Below, piece by piece: positions 36,655 through 37,520 of a stretch of DNA of 37,520 bases. Position numbers and translations under genes: made by a program. Source of the stretch: Candidatus Micrarchaeia archaeon (GTDB lineage Archaea > Micrarchaeota > Micrarchaeia > Micrarchaeales > CABMGC01); contig JBMFHL010000005.1 of NCBI GenBank assembly GCA_049976845.1, forward strand, positions 1 to 37,520, in the 5' to 3' direction. Each line of letters begins with the position of its first letter. Within the stretch, counting starts at the first letter, position 1. The notes under the pieces were generated by a model. That model saw only the letters and a program-made list of their open reading frames with translations, did not search any database and was not told the origin of the DNA.

Positions 36655-36808
36655 TCTTATCCTAACTTTCCAGTGTCAAAATCTACATGCCTATACAGAT
36701 GCCACTGACAACAGTGCAGAATACCTCTTCCTCCATATTCTCAGAATTGTGCAAGCAAAAGAAATGTTTAATAATATTATTAGGAAAACTATTATCTAAC
36801 GTGGTTAG

Positions 36809-37520
36809 ATGGAATTCTACTATTACACGCTCGCGATAGGAATAATAGCACTGCTTTTCTCTCTGTTTGAAGCATACATTACGCTGAAGAAGCCGGAAGG
36901 CACAAAGAAGATGCAGGACATCTCCAATGCAATAAAAGCAGGCTCCAAAGCATATCTGAACAGGCAGCTCAAGACAATAGTGATTTTTGCAGTGGTGCTC
37001 GGCATACTATTCATTTTCCTGCCCAGCGGCGTTGAGATAGCAATTGCGTTTGTAGTAGGCGCAGTCGCATCTTACCTAACCGCATATCTCGGCATGAATG
37101 TGGCGGTAAGGGCAAATGTAAGGACCGCGAAGAGCGCTGAAAATGGCACTAGCGCAGCATTCTCCACTGCCATAATAGGCGGCTCTGTAACAGGATTCGC
37201 GGCTGTCGGCTTCGGCTTAATAGGCATAAGCCTTCTGCTAATGTACCTTACTGTTTCGAAGGTGGAGCTCCTCATAGGCTTTGGCTTCGGCGCTTCACTC
37301 ATATCGCTGTTCGCAAGGGTAGGTGGCGGCATATACACAAAAGCAGCTGATGTCGGCGCTGATCTTGTTGGCAAAACAGAGCTTAATTTGCCTGAAGATG
37401 ACCCAAGGAATCCTGCAGTGATAGCAGACAATGTTGGAGACAATGTAGGAGATTGTGCAGGTATGAGTGCCGATGTATTCGAAAGCTATGCCGTGACGCT
37501 TGTCGCCGCATTGCTCATAG
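36809..37520 (+). CDS. hppA: Membrane H+/Na+-translocating pyrophosphatase (3'-truncated; absent from the ORF track)
   Basis: Translated by hand from ATG 36809: MEFYYY...GTKKMQDISNAIKAGSKAYLNRQ...RVGGGIYTKAADVGADLVGK...PEDDPRNPAVIADNVGDNVGDCAGMSADVFESY. Confidence 0.95.
   Translation, partial: MEFYYYTLAIGIIALLFSLFEAYITLKKPEGTKKMQDISNAIKAGSKAYLNRQLKTIVIFAVVLGILFIFLPSGVEIAIAFVVGAVASYLTAYLGMNVAVRANVRTAKSAENGTSAAFSTAIIGGSVTGFAAVGFGLIGISLLLMYLTVSKVELLIGFGFGASLISLFARVGGGIYTKAADVGADLVGKTELNLPEDDPRNPAVIADNVGDNVGDCAGMSADVFESYAVTLVAALLI

Noticed and set aside
36683..36736. Tiny minus-strand ORF MEEEVFCTVVSGICIGM
   Set aside because: Only 17 codons with no supporting evidence.

Overview
Gene-dense archaeal chromosomal segment, most consistent with a DPANN archaeon of the Micrarchaeota/ARMAN type. 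This is inferred from a 'KAQSAMEYLMTYGWAIL' class III signal-peptide gene, a tRNA intron at a non-canonical site, and archaeal fibrillarin, Trm1, CCA enzyme and SecY. The window holds about 36 CDS and two tRNAs. Housekeeping and repair genes include rnhA, lhr plus its phosphoesterase partner, dinB, an MBL nuclease, rtcB, trm1, cca, trxB, secY, sod, arcC, thrC-like and a partial hppA. No transposase, integrase, CRISPR array or rRNA was seen. Main oddities: (1) a full-length AsnRS-family protein with intact ATP motifs but a rewired amino-acid pocket, downstream of an atypical tRNA-Ala(CGC); (2) tRNA-Leu(CAA) with a 12-nt BHB intron in the T-loop (58/59), divergent from the RtcB ligase; (3) a cytoplasmic GAF-PAS histidine kinase near a wHTH-REC-degenerate-GGDEF response regulator; (4) a TPR-AAA+ ATPase; (5) a Cys-to-Ser C39-like peptidase; (6) a membrane-anchored PLD-like domain and a V4R protein upstream of secY. 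All calls come from motif recognition by eye; no database searches were run.
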